Below are positions 1 to 10,063 of a stretch of 64,000 bases of DNA, piece after piece. Below the pieces are notes generated by a model. It did not search any database. It worked only from the letters and a program-made list of their open reading frames with translations, and was not told where the DNA came from. The stretch is from Gammaproteobacteria bacterium. Lineage in GTDB: Bacteria; Pseudomonadota; Gammaproteobacteria; WOZS01. Position 1 is the stretch's first letter. Each line of letters starts with the position of its first letter. The position numbers were made by a program, and so were the translations under genes. Where the stretch lies: the NCBI GenBank assembly GCA_011620135.1, contig WOZS01000011.1, positions 15,183 through 79,182 of the forward strand. Reading direction: 5' to 3'.

Positions 1-301
1 CACCCGGGCTCTCTGCCTGGATGGCCTTACGTGAGGACCTTACAGCCCCATCGCTCCAGCCTCTGTGCCTGCGTCAATCAGCCGCTCAGCAGTGATCGTC
101 ATACAACCATCCGCCTGGAAACGTCTCCAGGTGTGATCATGGCCGGCCAGCTGTGGTCACGGGGCTTGGTGTGGGCAGAGGTGCTGTGAACCCGCTGCCA
201 GGGTCCATAGCACGGAGGATGGCAAAGATTCCATGAACCGCGCCTTGTTTCGGCAGGGCGGTAGCAGCCCAGGGGCATGGCATGAGCTGCAGCGCCCCGG
301 G

Positions 302-1474
302 TCAATACGATTTGGGCATGCCCAAGGTGTGCTCGCCGATGAAGTTGAGGATCATCTCCCGGTTGATGGGCGCTACCGTGCCGAGGCGTGCTCCGATGAA
401 GCTCGAGAGCATGTCCTGGCTTTCGGTGAACCCATAGCCGCCAAAGCATTGCAGGGCGGCGTTGGAGGCCTTGAGGCTCGCGTCGGCGGCCACCAGCTTG
501 GCCATGTTGCTGGCCTCGCCAGCCCCCATGTCGCCGCGGTCCTGCAGCCAGGCAGCCTTGCGGGTCATCAGGGAGCCGACCTCAATGAGGGCCATGGATT
601 CGGCCAGGGGATGCTGTAGAGCCTGGTAGGTGCCGATGGGCTTGTCGAAGATCACCCGCTGGTTCGCATATTCCACGGCGCGGCGGATCATCCACCGTCC
701 TGAACCGCAGGCCATGGCGGCAGCCATGATGCGTTCCGGATTGAGGCCATCGAACAGCACCCGAACGCCCTTGCCTTCCTTGCCTAGCAGGTTTTCCTTG
801 GGGATACGCACATTGTCGAAATAGACGAAAAACTGCCCTTCCGGATTGAGCAGCATGGTGTCCATGGGTTTGTAGGAGAGCCCCTTGCTGTCGGTGTCCA
901 CGATGAACAGGCTCAGGCCCTCCTTGCGCTGGGTCTGGCCACCCACCTCCTGGTAGCTCTGGGTGCGGGCCACCACCAGCACGTGATGGGCCTGGTTGAT
1001 GCCGCTGATGAAGAGCTTGTTGCCATTGAGGATATAGTCGTCCCCATCGCGCTTGGCCATGGACTCGATCTTGAAGGTATTGGTGCCGGCGTTGGGCTCG
1101 GTGATGGCAAAGCAGAAACGCTTTTCGCCGCTGGCGATGGCAGGCAACAGGCGGCTTTTTTGCTCATCGGTGCCATGGCGAACCAGGGCGGGAATGCTCA
1201 GACCCTGGTTGACCACGAAAAACAGGACCGCCACGCCATGCTCAGCCAGGCGTTCTTGCAGGAGCGACAGCTCGAACATACCAAGCCCCGCGCCGCCGTA
1301 TTCCTCGGGCACGGTGATGCCCAGATAGCCCGCCTTGCCCAGCTCGTCCCACAGCTCGCTGGTGAAGCGTTTGGCCTTGGCGCATTCCAGCCAATAGGCC
1401 CGATCGTACTTCTTGGCGATGCGATCGGCGGTGTCCAGGATGCTCTTTTGTTCTTCGGAAAGCTCGAAATCCAT
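302..1474 (-). CDS. acyl-CoA dehydrogenase family protein
   Basis: 402-aa ORF. Start chosen at MDFELSEEQKSIL (M13), which has an AGGAGA Shine-Dalgarno 5 nt upstream. ACAD-like throughout. Paralogous to the ACAD gene at 60687. Confidence 0.8.
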   Translation of the reverse strand: MDFELSEEQKSILDTADRIAKKYDRAYWLECAKAKRFTSELWDELGKAGYLGITVPEEYGGAGLGMFELSLLQERLAEHGVAVLFFVVNQGLSIPALVRHGTDEQKSRLLPAIASGEKRFCFAITEPNAGTNTFKIESMAKRDGDDYILNGNKLFISGINQAHHVLVVARTQSYQEVGGQTQRKEGLSLFIVDTDSKGLSYKPMDTMLLNPEGQFFVYFDNVRIPKENLLGKEGKGVRVLFDGLNPERIMAAAMACGSGRWMIRRAVEYANQRVIFDKPIGTYQALQHPLAESMALIEVGSLMTRKAAWLQDRGDMGAGEASNMAKLVAADASLKASNAALQCFGGYGFTESQDMLSSFIGARLGTVAPINREMILNFIGEHTLGMPKSY

Positions 1475-1634
1475 GTATTCTCCTGATCTGTGCGCTGGGA
1501 CGTGGCGCATACACGCCTGGGCTTGCCATTGTCGAGAGCGATGGTGTGACTGGTATGCTGGATGGATTCTGGTTCACAGCGCACGCCTCATCCTAAAGAT
1601 AAGCATAAATAAGGACAAATCAAGCCTTGACATC

Positions 1635-2357
1635 ATGCCGAGGAGTCATGGGGGGCGACCAATGACACGCAGGGCAACGCGCCCCCTGGAGCGGCTGCTG
1701 CTGGACGAGGCGCTGCGCTTTCAGTACCGCCTGGCAGGTGCCGTGTGCATGCAGGATTGCTACGGGCCAATCGAGACCGTGGCTGGAGTGGATGTGGGCG
1801 TATCGGGCGAACAGGGCTGGGCGGCGCTGGTGGTCTTGAGCTGGCCCGAGCTTGTCGTGCTGGACCAGGCGGTGGCCACGGATCGGCTGTGCTGGCCCTA
1901 CGTGCCGGGTTTCCTGTCGTTCCGGGAAGCGCCGCTGGTCTTTGCGGCCTATGCCAGCCTGCGCATCCGACCCGATCTCTTGCTTTGCGATGGCCAGGGG
2001 CGCGCCCATCCGCGCCGCTGTGGCATTGCCTGTCACCTGGGCGTGGCCCTGGACCTGCCAGCCATCGGCGTGGGCAAGAGCCTGTTGTGCGGCCATCATG
2101 CGACAGTTCCCCGGGAGCGCGGGAACTGGACCGTCCTCACGCACCGCGGCGAGACGATCGGTGGTGTGTTGCGCACCCGAACGGGTGTGTCGCCTGTGGT
2201 GGTCTCACCAGGGCATCGTATCGGGCTGGAGAGCTGCCTTGCCTGGGTGCTTGGCACGGCCAGGCGCTTTCGGCTGCCAGAACCCATCCGGGCGGCCCAT
2301 CGCCTGGCCTCGTCCCATCCGCCGACGGAAAACCACAGCGGCACCGCTAAAGTCTGA
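1635..2357 (+). CDS. nfi: endonuclease V (deoxyinosine 3' endonuclease)
   Basis: Motifs AGVDV, FLSFREAP, DGQGRAHPRRCGIACHLGV and IGVGKS match the Nfi family. Start is the internal ATG at 1635; 1662 is an alternative. Divergent from the ACAD gene. Confidence 0.8.
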   Translation: MPRSHGGRPMTRRATRPLERLLLDEALRFQYRLAGAVCMQDCYGPIETVAGVDVGVSGEQGWAALVVLSWPELVVLDQAVATDRLCWPYVPGFLSFREAPLVFAAYASLRIRPDLLLCDGQGRAHPRRCGIACHLGVALDLPAIGVGKSLLCGHHATVPRERGNWTVLTHRGETIGGVLRTRTGVSPVVVSPGHRIGLESCLAWVLGTARRFRLPEPIRAAHRLASSHPPTENHSGTAKV

Positions 2358-2359
2358 AC

Positions 2360-2436
2360 TGGGGTGAACGATGGGATTTGAACCCACGACCGCCGGAGCC
2401 ACAATCCGGAGCTCTACCAGCTGAGCTACGTCCACC
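2360..2436 (-). tRNA. tRNA-His (anticodon GTG)
   Basis: The reverse complement reads GGTGGACGTAGCTCAGCTGGTAGAGCTCCGGATTGTGGCTCCGGCGGTCGTGGGTTCAAATCCCATCGTTCACCCCA. It has the extra G-1 paired to C73, the anticodon loop TTGTGGC, the GGTTCAAATCC T-arm and an encoded CCA. It closely resembles E. coli tRNA-His. Confidence 0.85.
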
Positions 2437-2570
2437 ATGAAATGGTCATGATAGCACAGGTTGCATTTTGCCAGGTAAGATGCTGCCGGGAGCGGGGCGT
2501 ATTCGGTTATAATACCAGGCGTTGTGGCGCGGATGGCCATGTTGGTGCCCGCCAATGATAAGGGGGAAGG

Positions 2571-4019
2571 ATGTCGCAGGATCTGCGCGCTGCCAGGCGC
2601 TTGCCGCCGGATGGTTTGCTGGTCGAGATCACCGATTATGTGCTCGACTGTGATGTGAGTACCAGCGTCGAGGCCATGCACACCGCCAGGATGTGTCTCA
2701 TGGACACCCTGGGTTGTGGCCTGCTGGCCTTGTGCTATCCGGCTTGCACCAAGCTGCTGGGTCCTGTGGTGCCGGGAGCCTTCCTTCCGGGGGGTGCCCG
2801 GGTACCTGGCACCGTCTTCGAGCTCGATCCGGTTCATGCCGCCTTCAACATCGGCGCCATGGTGCGCTGGCTGGACTATAACGATACCTGGCTGGCCGCT
2901 GAATGGGGGCATCCCTCCGATAACCTGGGCGGCATCCTGGCGGTGGCTGACTACCTGAGCAGGCGCCGCCTGAGCCGTGGCGAGCCTTCCTTGCTGGTGC
3001 GCGATGTGCTGATGGCCATGATCAAGGCCCACGAGATCCAGGGTGTGCTTGCGCTGCAAAACAGCTTCAATCGAGTCGGTCTCGACCATGTTCTCCTGGT
3101 GCGCATTGCATCCACGGCTGTGGTGACCGCCATGCTGGGCGGCAGCCGCCAGGAAGTCATCAACGCGTTGTCGCTGGCCTTCATCGATGGCGGGGCGCTG
3201 CGCACCTACCGCCATGCCCCCAACACCGGCTCGCGCAAGAGCTGGGCTGCAGGCGATGCCACCAGCCGCGCGGTGCGCCTGGCCTTCATGGCCTTGCAAG
3301 GTGAGATGGGCTATCCCACCTGCCTGAGCACACCTGTCTGGGGATTCCAGGATGTGCTGTTCAAGGGCAACCCCGTGACGCTGGCCCAACCCCTGGGCAC
3401 CTATGTCATGGAAAACGTCTTGTTCAAGATCTCCTTTCCGGCGGAGTTTCATGCCCAGACCGCCGTGGAGGCCGCCTTGACACTGCATCCTGTGGTCCGC
3501 AATCGCCTCGATGAGATCGAGCGTATCGTGATCGAGACCCAGGAAGCCGGCTGCCGGATCATCGACAAGACCGGCCCCCTGGACAACCCTGCCGATCGTG
3601 ACCATTGCATCCAGTATATGGTGGCTATTCCGCTGTTGTTCGGGCGACTTACGGCGGACGACTATGAGGACCATGTGGCCCGGGATCCGCGGATCGATGC
3701 CCTGCGCGACAAGATGGAGGTGGTGGAGAACAAGCAGTTTTCCATCGACTACATGGATCCGCAGAAACGCTCCATCGGCAATGCGGTGCAGGTCTTCTTC
3801 AAGGACGGCACGGCCACAGAAAGGGTCGCGGTGGAGTATCCCATCGGCCATCGCCGCAGGCGCGACGAGGGCGTGCGCCTGTTGGTGGAAAAGTTCCGCG
3901 ACAACATCGGCAAGCGACTTGCCGAGAAGCGCTGCCTTGCCTTAGAGGTGCTGTTCGCCGACCAGCACACCCTTGAGCAGACCACCGTGGATACCCTGAT
4001 GACGTGGCTTGCAGGCTAG
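2571..4019 (+). CDS. prpD: 2-methylcitrate dehydratase (MmgE/PrpD family)
   Basis: 482 aa with very high similarity to E. coli PrpD across the whole length. Shared blocks include [95 protein letters not shown] and VEYPIGH. Confidence 0.85.
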   Translation: MSQDLRAARRLPPDGLLVEITDYVLDCDVSTSVEAMHTARMCLMDTLGCGLLALCYPACTKLLGPVVPGAFLPGGARVPGTVFELDPVHAAFNIGAMVRWLDYNDTWLAAEWGHPSDNLGGILAVADYLSRRRLSRGEPSLLVRDVLMAMIKAHEIQGVLALQNSFNRVGLDHVLLVRIASTAVVTAMLGGSRQEVINALSLAFIDGGALRTYRHAPNTGSRKSWAAGDATSRAVRLAFMALQGEMGYPTCLSTPVWGFQDVLFKGNPVTLAQPLGTYVMENVLFKISFPAEFHAQTAVEAALTLHPVVRNRLDEIERIVIETQEAGCRIIDKTGPLDNPADRDHCIQYMVAIPLLFGRLTADDYEDHVARDPRIDALRDKMEVVENKQFSIDYMDPQKRSIGNAVQVFFKDGTATERVAVEYPIGHRRRRDEGVRLLVEKFRDNIGKRLAEKRCLALEVLFADQHTLEQTTVDTLMTWLAG

Positions 4020-4661
4020 ATGACCCGGCACGATACCTCAGGGCACCAAGTGCTGGAGCAGGGCCTTGCTGCTATGGGCCTTGCCCTGGAAGAGCAGGCC
4101 CGTTTTGGGCTGGTGCTGTTTGCAGAAGAATTGCAGCGCTTTGCCGGCAGTTACAGTCTGATCTCCGCGTCATCGCGCCAGGAAGTGGTGCAGCGCCATG
4201 TGCTGGATGCCCTGAGCATCCTGCCGAACCTTCAGGGCAAGACCATCCTCGACCTGGGTTGCGGGCCGGGCCTGCCGGGTCTGCCCCTGGCCATCGCCGA
4301 TGCCAGGCGACACTATGTGCTGTTGGATCGCAGTGAGAAGAAAACCAGGCTGGTGCGCCACATGCTGCGCCGCCTCGCACTGCCTCATGTGCGCTGCGTG
4401 GTTCTGGAGGCCGGGCGCTTCGCGGGGCATCATGACACGGTCGTCACCCGCGCTTTTGGCAACCTGGCCAGCGTGGTTGCGGCCTGCGATCATCTGCTGG
4501 CCCCTGGGGGTCGGCTTGTGTTGATGCAGGGCCAGGCGAGGCAGGAACAGGCGCTGCCCCATTACACATTGGAGCGTCTCGCCGCGCTGCGGGTGCCTGG
4601 CGTGGCAGCGTCCCGGCATGTGGCGCTGTGGCGCAAGGAGGAGAGACCATGGGACGGGTGA
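4020..4661 (+). CDS. rsmG: 16S rRNA (guanine527-N7)-methyltransferase
   Basis: GidB-like, with the SAM-binding motif LDLGCGPGLPGLPLAI. Its start codon abuts the prpD stop (TAGATG). It sits upstream of parA-parB. Confidence 0.85.
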   Translation: MTRHDTSGHQVLEQGLAAMGLALEEQARFGLVLFAEELQRFAGSYSLISASSRQEVVQRHVLDALSILPNLQGKTILDLGCGPGLPGLPLAIADARRHYVLLDRSEKKTRLVRHMLRRLALPHVRCVVLEAGRFAGHHDTVVTRAFGNLASVVAACDHLLAPGGRLVLMQGQARQEQALPHYTLERLAALRVPGVAASRHVALWRKEERPWDG

Positions 4662-5440
4662 TCGCCATTGCCAACCAAAAAGGAGGGGTGGGCAAGACCA
4701 CCACCAGCATCAGTCTGGCAGCGGGCCTTGCCAGGCTGGAGCAGCGCGTGTTGCTGGCAGACCTGGACCCCCAGGGCAACGCCACCACGGGTTCTGGGGT
4801 GGGCAAGCAGGCTATCGGCAACTCCAGCCTGGAGGTGCTCCTGGGTACGGCAAGCATCACAGACGCCCTGTTGCAGGGTCTGCCCGGGGGGTATGACCTG
4901 CTGCCCGGCAATGGCGCGCTCACTGCCGCCGAGGTGGCCCTGCTGGGGGAGGATGGCGGGCAGCTGCGGCTGCGCCAGGCGTTGCAGACCGTGCGTGGCC
5001 GGTATGAGCAGATCATCCTGGACTGCCCGCCGTCGCTCAGTATGCTGACAGTCAACGCCCTGGCAGCTGCCGATGGCGTCCTGGTGCCCATCCAGTGCGA
5101 ATACTATGCCCTGGAAGGGCTCTCGGCGCTGCTGGAGACCGTGGAGCGTATTCGCGGCACACTCAACCCCACGCTCGGCATCGATGGCTTCCTGCGTACC
5201 ATGTTCGATGGCCGCAACTACCTGGCCCGGGATGTCTCGGCTCAGCTTGAGGCCCACTTCGGCGCCCAGGTGCTGGCCACCCTGATCCCCCGCAATGTAC
5301 GTCTTGCCGAGGCCCCCAGCCATGGTCTGCCCATCTTTCAATACGATCCTTTGTCCAGGGGAGCCCTGGCCCATGCTGCCCTGGCTCGCGAGGTCCTGCA
5401 GCGCCAGGGCATTGGTCTGCCCGAGCAGGAGATGGCCTGA
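4649..5440 (+). CDS. parA: chromosome partitioning ATPase ParA/Soj
   Basis: Deviant Walker A motif IANQKGGVGKTTT. Start is the internal ATG at 4649 (MGRVIAIANQKGG), which overlaps the rsmG end by 13 nt. Confidence 0.85.
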   Translation: MGRVIAIANQKGGVGKTTTSISLAAGLARLEQRVLLADLDPQGNATTGSGVGKQAIGNSSLEVLLGTASITDALLQGLPGGYDLLPGNGALTAAEVALLGEDGGQLRLRQALQTVRGRYEQIILDCPPSLSMLTVNALAAADGVLVPIQCEYYALEGLSALLETVERIRGTLNPTLGIDGFLRTMFDGRNYLARDVSAQLEAHFGAQVLATLIPRNVRLAEAPSHGLPIFQYDPLSRGALAHAALAREVLQRQGIGLPEQEMA

Positions 5441-5441
5441 G

Positions 5442-6326
5442 ATGGACAAGCGCCGTGGCCTGGGCCGTGGTCTCGATGCCCTGCTGGGCACAGTCCCATC
5501 GCCTGCAGTCGATGCAGGCGCTGTGCTGCGCCTGCCGCTGGAGGTGGTGCAGCCCAGTCCCATCCAGCCGCGACGCCACATGGACCCCGAGGCCCTGGAG
5601 GAACTGGCTGCTTCCATGCGCAGCCAGGGCGTCCTGCAGCCCATCGTGGTCCGCAGTGCAGCCCAGGGCAATGCCTATGAGATCATCGCTGGTGAGCGGC
5701 GCTGGCGGGCTGCGGCGCTGGCGGGCCTTACCCATATTCCTGCTGTGGTGCGCCAGGTTGACGATGGCGTAGCCCTGGCCGTGGCACTGGTGGAAAACAT
5801 CCAGCGCGCCGCGCTCAATCCCCTGGAAGAAGCCCAGGCCATGGAGAAGCTGCGCAGGCTGTGTGGCATGACCCACGAGGCCATCGCCACGGCTGTGGGG
5901 CGCTCCCGGGCGGCGGTCACCAACCTGTTGCGCCTTCTGGAGCTCGAAGAGCCCGTGCAGGTCCTGTTGCTGGAAGGTGCCCTGGAGATGGGGCATGCCC
6001 GGGCGTTGCTGGCGCTTGCCGGCCCAGCCCAGGTCCAGGCAGCTCGGCAGGTGGTGCAAGGGCGGCTTTCGGTACGCAGGACCGAGGAGCTGGTACGCCA
6101 CCTGCTGCAGGGTGCGGCAGCCAAGGGAGCGGCTACCGAGGTCCACGAAATGCCGGCTTTCATGCAGCAGGCGCAAAGCAGCCTGAGTCAGCGTTTTGGA
6201 TTGCCCGTGGCCATCCAGCAGCGCGGCACAGGTGGTCAGGTGGTGATTCGTTTCCGGGATCGCCAGCAGTTCGAGGGTCTGCTGCAGGGTCTGCTGGAGT
6301 TGGAGGGTAAGCCGGAGCCGGAATGA
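5442..6326 (+). CDS. parB: chromosome partitioning protein ParB/Spo0J
   Basis: MDKRRGLGRGLDALL N-terminus, a GERRWRAA ParB box and an HTH region. The ATG lies 2 nt after the parA stop. Confidence 0.85.
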   Translation: MDKRRGLGRGLDALLGTVPSPAVDAGAVLRLPLEVVQPSPIQPRRHMDPEALEELAASMRSQGVLQPIVVRSAAQGNAYEIIAGERRWRAAALAGLTHIPAVVRQVDDGVALAVALVENIQRAALNPLEEAQAMEKLRRLCGMTHEAIATAVGRSRAAVTNLLRLLELEEPVQVLLLEGALEMGHARALLALAGPAQVQAARQVVQGRLSVRRTEELVRHLLQGAAAKGAATEVHEMPAFMQQAQSSLSQRFGLPVAIQQRGTGGQVVIRFRDRQQFEGLLQGLLELEGKPEPE

Positions 6327-6498
6327 CCGCATCCATGACTCGTGCCAAGTCATGTCATTGGCTCATGGACCTGTGCTCACTTGCACCATTTGGCAAGCCT
6401 GGGTACAGCAAGACCCTTTGTGCATCCATCCTGGGGGGCTTTGCTTGAAGGAATGGTTTTTATCGATGAGGCAGTGCCATGCATGGTAAGGCGAAGGC

Positions 6499-7650
6499 AT
6501 GATCGTTGGTCTGCCTGGCGAGCAACGTGCCGGCGAGCAGCGGGTAGCTCTGTTGCCCGAGACAGCTGCGGACTTGGTCAAGGCCGGCTTCCAGATCCTG
6601 GTGGCCCAGGGCGCTGGATGGGGCGCGCTGGTGGATGATGCCGCCTATGTGCAGGCCGGTGCCGTGGTGACAAGCCGGGAAGACGTGCTGGGGCGCGCCG
6701 CTATCCTGCTGTGGGTGCAGCCCGGGGACGCCGATCTCTCGAGCCTCGAGCGGGGACAGGTGGGCATCGGTTTCCTTGACCCCTTGCGCCAGGCATCCCG
6801 CCTGGCGGCGGCTGCAGCCACAGGAGCCATATGGCTTGCCCTGGAGCTGGTGCCCCGTACCACCAAGGCGCAGTGCGCCGATGCGCTCTCGGCCATGGCC
6901 ACGCTGGCCGGCTACAAGGCGGTGTTGCTGGCCGCCAATCACCTGCCGCGCGTGTTTCCGTTGCTGATGACGGCAGCCGGCACCCTTTTGCCGGCGCGGG
7001 TCTTCGTGCTGGGTGCCGGCGTGGCCGGCCTGCAGGCCATCGCTACCGCCAGGCGTCTGGGGGCCAGGGTATCGGCCTATGATGTGCGTCCCCAGGTGCG
7101 GGAGCAGGTGGCGAGCGTTGGCGGGCGTTTCGTGGAGCTGCCATTGGCTGCTGCAGCCGGTGAGGGTGGCTATGCCAGGGCCATGGATGAGACCTACTAC
7201 CAGCGCCAGCGCGAGCTCCTGGCCGAGGTGCTGCAGGCAAGCGAGGTGGTCATCACCACAGCCCAGGTGCCCGACGGACCAGCCCCCCTGTTGCTGACCC
7301 GCGCCATGATGGAGGCCATGCCCAAGGGATCCGTGGTGGTGGACCTCGCCGCCAACCAGGGTGGCAATTGTGAGGACGTGCAGCCCGACCAGGTGGTCAT
7401 GGTGGGCGCAACCACGCTGATCGGGGCTGGCAACCTGCCCGGCACAGTCCCTGCGCATGCCAGCCAGATGCTGGGGCGCAACATGCAGGCCATCCTTTCT
7501 TTCCTGGCACCCCGAGGCGAGCTGATCATGGATGACGATGTGATCCAGGCCATGGCGGTGACCCGGGATGGCGCGGTGGTGCACCCAGGTGTGACCCAGC
7601 GCCTGCAGGAGGCTTATGGAACCGGCCTGGATCAGGAGGAGCGCCCATGA
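6499..7650 (+). CDS. pntAA: NAD(P) transhydrogenase subunit alpha part 1 (dI, NAD(H)-binding)
   Basis: Alanine-dehydrogenase/PNT domain with a GAGVAGLQA Rossmann motif. Layout is the three-gene split pnt type. Confidence 0.85.
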   Translation: MIVGLPGEQRAGEQRVALLPETAADLVKAGFQILVAQGAGWGALVDDAAYVQAGAVVTSREDVLGRAAILLWVQPGDADLSSLERGQVGIGFLDPLRQASRLAAAAATGAIWLALELVPRTTKAQCADALSAMATLAGYKAVLLAANHLPRVFPLLMTAAGTLLPARVFVLGAGVAGLQAIATARRLGARVSAYDVRPQVREQVASVGGRFVELPLAAAAGEGGYARAMDETYYQRQRELLAEVLQASEVVITTAQVPDGPAPLLLTRAMMEAMPKGSVVVDLAANQGGNCEDVQPDQVVMVGATTLIGAGNLPGTVPAHASQMLGRNMQAILSFLAPRGELIMDDDVIQAMAVTRDGAVVHPGVTQRLQEAYGTGLDQEERP

Positions 7651-7931
7651 GCATCTGGATGGCCTTGCTGACCATCTTCGTCCTGGCCACGCTGCTGGGA
7701 TTCCTGGTCATTGCCAAGGTGCCGCCCAACCTGCACACGCCCCTGATGTCCGGATCGAATGCCATTTCCGGCATCACCATCGTGGGTGCGCTGCTGGCAG
7801 CCGGTGGGGGCAGGGACTGGTTCAGCCAGGCGCTGGGTATCCTGGCGCTCATCATGGCCACGGTCAATGTGGCGGGTGGTTTCCTGGTGACCCACCGTAT
7901 GCTGCGCCTGTTTCGCAAGCCTCGTTCTTGA
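7647..7931 (+). CDS. pntAB: NAD(P) transhydrogenase subunit alpha part 2 (membrane)
   Basis: 94 aa with three predicted TM helices. ATGA overlap with pntAA. Confidence 0.8.
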   Translation: MSIWMALLTIFVLATLLGFLVIAKVPPNLHTPLMSGSNAISGITIVGALLAAGGGRDWFSQALGILALIMATVNVAGGFLVTHRMLRLFRKPRS

Positions 7932-7956
7932 CCAACCAAGGGAATAAAGTCGCCTC

Positions 7957-9330
7957 ATGCAGGATTGGGTCGCACTGGGTTATCTGTTGGGTGGCGTGCT
8001 GTTTGTCTGCGGTCTGATGGGCCTGTCGCAGCCACGCCGGGCTGTGGCCGGCAACGGTCTTGGCGCGCTGGGCATGCTTTTGTGCGTGGTGGTGACCCTG
8101 CTGGATCGGGGTATGGTGCATTGGTGGGGCGTGCTGGGCGGGCTGCTGGTGGGCAGCGCTGCTGGCGCCATCCTGGCCCAAAGGGTAGCCATGACCGCCA
8201 TGCCGCAGATGGTGGGCTTGTTCAATGGCCTGGGGGGCACTGCCTCGGCGCTGGTGGCCTGGGCCGAGCTGCATCAGGCCATGGCCCCCACGCCACTGGC
8301 GTTCCGCTTGGCCGGAGGCCTGTCTGTCCTCATCGGTGCCGTGACGCTCTCGGGCAGCCTGGTAGCTGCCGCCAAGCTGCATGGCCTCGTGGGCGAACGT
8401 CCCTGGCATCTGCCCCAGGAACAGTTGCTCAAGGCGCTGACGTTGGTGGCGGCGTTGGCGCTGGTGGGCGCCTTTCCCTTCCTGGCGGACCCAGCCATGC
8501 TGGTACCACCTCTCATGGTGATGGCATTGCTGCTGGGGGTGCAGATCACGGTGGCCATCGGCGGGGCGGACATGCCTGTCGTGATCGCACTGATGAACGC
8601 CTACTCCGGCCTTGCCGGGGCCGCCGCAGGCTTCATGCTGGCCAACTCGGCGCTGGTGATCGCCGGCGCCCTGGTGGGCACCTCCGGGCTCATCCTGACG
8701 CAGATCATGTGCCGCGCCATGAACCGCTCCATGGGCAATGTCCTGCTGGGAGGTTTTGGCGAACCGCAGGCCCAAGCCGATGCCGATGCGGTCTATGGCG
8801 GGCGCGTCAAGGCCACCTCTGCAGCAGAGATCGCCTTGCTGCTCGATGGGGCGCAGCAGGTCATGGTGGTGCCGGGCTATGGCCTGGCGGTGGCCCAGGC
8901 CCAGTATGCGTTGCGCGACCTGGTGCATTTCCTGGAAGGGCGCGGCGTGCAGGTGAGCTTTGCCATCCATCCCGTGGCAGGCCGCATGCCGGGCCACATG
9001 AACGTGCTGCTGGCGGAGGTGGACATTCCCTACGAGCAGCTGCTGGAACTGGGCCAGGCCAACGCCCAGCTGTCCTTGGTGGATGTGGCCATTGTCATCG
9101 GTGCCAACGATGTGGTCAATCCCAGCGCCAATGACCCATCGAGCCCCATTGCCGGCATGGCCATCGTGGAGGTTTCCCAGGCGCAGCTGGTGGTGGTGAT
9201 CAAGCGCAGCCTCTCGCCCGGCTTTGCGGGCATTCCCAATCCATTGTTTGCCATGGACAATACCCTGATGTTCTTTGCCGATGCCAAGGAAGGCTTGGGT
9301 GCGATCCTTGCAGCCCTCAAGACAGGGTGA
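7957..9330 (+). CDS. pntB: NAD(P) transhydrogenase subunit beta
   Basis: 457 aa. N-terminal polytopic membrane domain plus a C-terminal dIII NADP(H) domain containing GYGLAVAQAQ. Confidence 0.85.
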   Translation: MQDWVALGYLLGGVLFVCGLMGLSQPRRAVAGNGLGALGMLLCVVVTLLDRGMVHWWGVLGGLLVGSAAGAILAQRVAMTAMPQMVGLFNGLGGTASALVAWAELHQAMAPTPLAFRLAGGLSVLIGAVTLSGSLVAAAKLHGLVGERPWHLPQEQLLKALTLVAALALVGAFPFLADPAMLVPPLMVMALLLGVQITVAIGGADMPVVIALMNAYSGLAGAAAGFMLANSALVIAGALVGTSGLILTQIMCRAMNRSMGNVLLGGFGEPQAQADADAVYGGRVKATSAAEIALLLDGAQQVMVVPGYGLAVAQAQYALRDLVHFLEGRGVQVSFAIHPVAGRMPGHMNVLLAEVDIPYEQLLELGQANAQLSLVDVAIVIGANDVVNPSANDPSSPIAGMAIVEVSQAQLVVVIKRSLSPGFAGIPNPLFAMDNTLMFFADAKEGLGAILAALKTG

Positions 9331-10063
9331 GGCGGGCACACAACCTGCCCCGGTAGCCCGCCTGGAAGGGGTGGGTAAGCGCTATGGCCGCTTAGAGGCG
9401 CTGCACGCCGTTGACCTCGCGTTTTTCCCAGGCGAGGTGGTGGGGTTGCTGGGGCCCAATGGGGCAGGTAAGTCCACCATTCTCGGGCTGCTGGCCGGGC
9501 TGCTCATCCCCAGCAGCGGCGCGGTGCAGGTTCTGAGCCGTACGCCTCGCGAGAGCCGCCACGCCTTGGCCCATCTGCCAGAAGGGCTCCATGGCTGGAT
9601 GACGCCGCGCCATCTGCTGCGGCTCATGGGCGGGCTATACCCCAATTTTTCGGCCCAGCGCTACGCCGAGCTGCTGGACTTTCTGCAGGTTCCAGAAAGG
9701 CGCTCGGCGGCCATGTCCAAGGGCCAGCAGGCACGGTTGCGCCTAGCTGTGACGCTGGCGGTGCAAGCCGAGCTCTATCTGCTGGATGAACCGCTGGCCA
9801 ATATCGACCTGCTGGCCCGGGAGACCATCCTGCAGGCGTTGTTTCGCCACCGCAATGGCAGAGCCTGCTACCTGCTGGCCACCCACGAGATTGCCGAGGC
9901 GGGCAGCTACATGGATCGGGTGGTGATGATCCATGGGGGACGTGTCATCCAGGATCATTCGGTTGCCGAATTGATGCAACAGGGGCTGGGTGTGGAGGAG
10001 GCCTACCGGCAGGCCATGGGGGCGGGGCTGGCCGGCCCCGCCTTGCCCCAGCCCATGCCATGA
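9275..10063 (+). CDS. ABC transporter ATP-binding protein
   Basis: Walker A GPNGAGKST, a degenerate signature MSKGQQ and Walker B LYLLDEP. The annotated ATG overlaps the pntB end by 56 nt, so the true start is uncertain. ATGA-coupled to the downstream permease. Confidence 0.65.
   Translation: MPMPRKAWVRSLQPSRQGEAGTQPAPVARLEGVGKRYGRLEALHAVDLAFFPGEVVGLLGPNGAGKSTILGLLAGLLIPSSGAVQVLSRTPRESRHALAHLPEGLHGWMTPRHLLRLMGGLYPNFSAQRYAELLDFLQVPERRSAAMSKGQQARLRLAVTLAVQAELYLLDEPLANIDLLARETILQALFRHRNGRACYLLATHEIAEAGSYMDRVVMIHGGRVIQDHSVAELMQQGLGVEEAYRQAMGAGLAGPALPQPMP

Noticed and set aside
99-619. Overlapping ORFs 99..449(-) and 233..619(+) at the window start
   Set aside because: They overlap the 3' end of the acyl-CoA dehydrogenase in other frames and show no motifs. 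They are probably non-coding or spurious.
2360-2570. Possible genomic island integrated at tRNA-His
   Set aside because: There is no integrase, no direct repeat of the tRNA 3' end and no compositional shift in the flanks. The neighbours are core genes (nfi, prpD, rsmG).
2205-3851. 548-aa ORF on the minus strand
   Set aside because: It is antisense to the well-supported prpD gene and has no recognisable motifs. Long antisense ORFs are expected at about 65% GC.
4020-6500. parS centromere sites near parAB
   Set aside because: I scanned for the TGTTTCACGTGAAACA consensus and found no convincing match. The only CACGTG palindrome (about 63447, TCCACGTGGA) lies inside coxB and is likely coincidental.
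6460-9339. Long minus-strand ORFs (374 aa and 491 aa) opposite pntAA and pntB
   Set aside because: They are antisense to clearly homologous pnt genes. The His, Gly and Arg-rich compositions are typical of GC-rich spurious frames.
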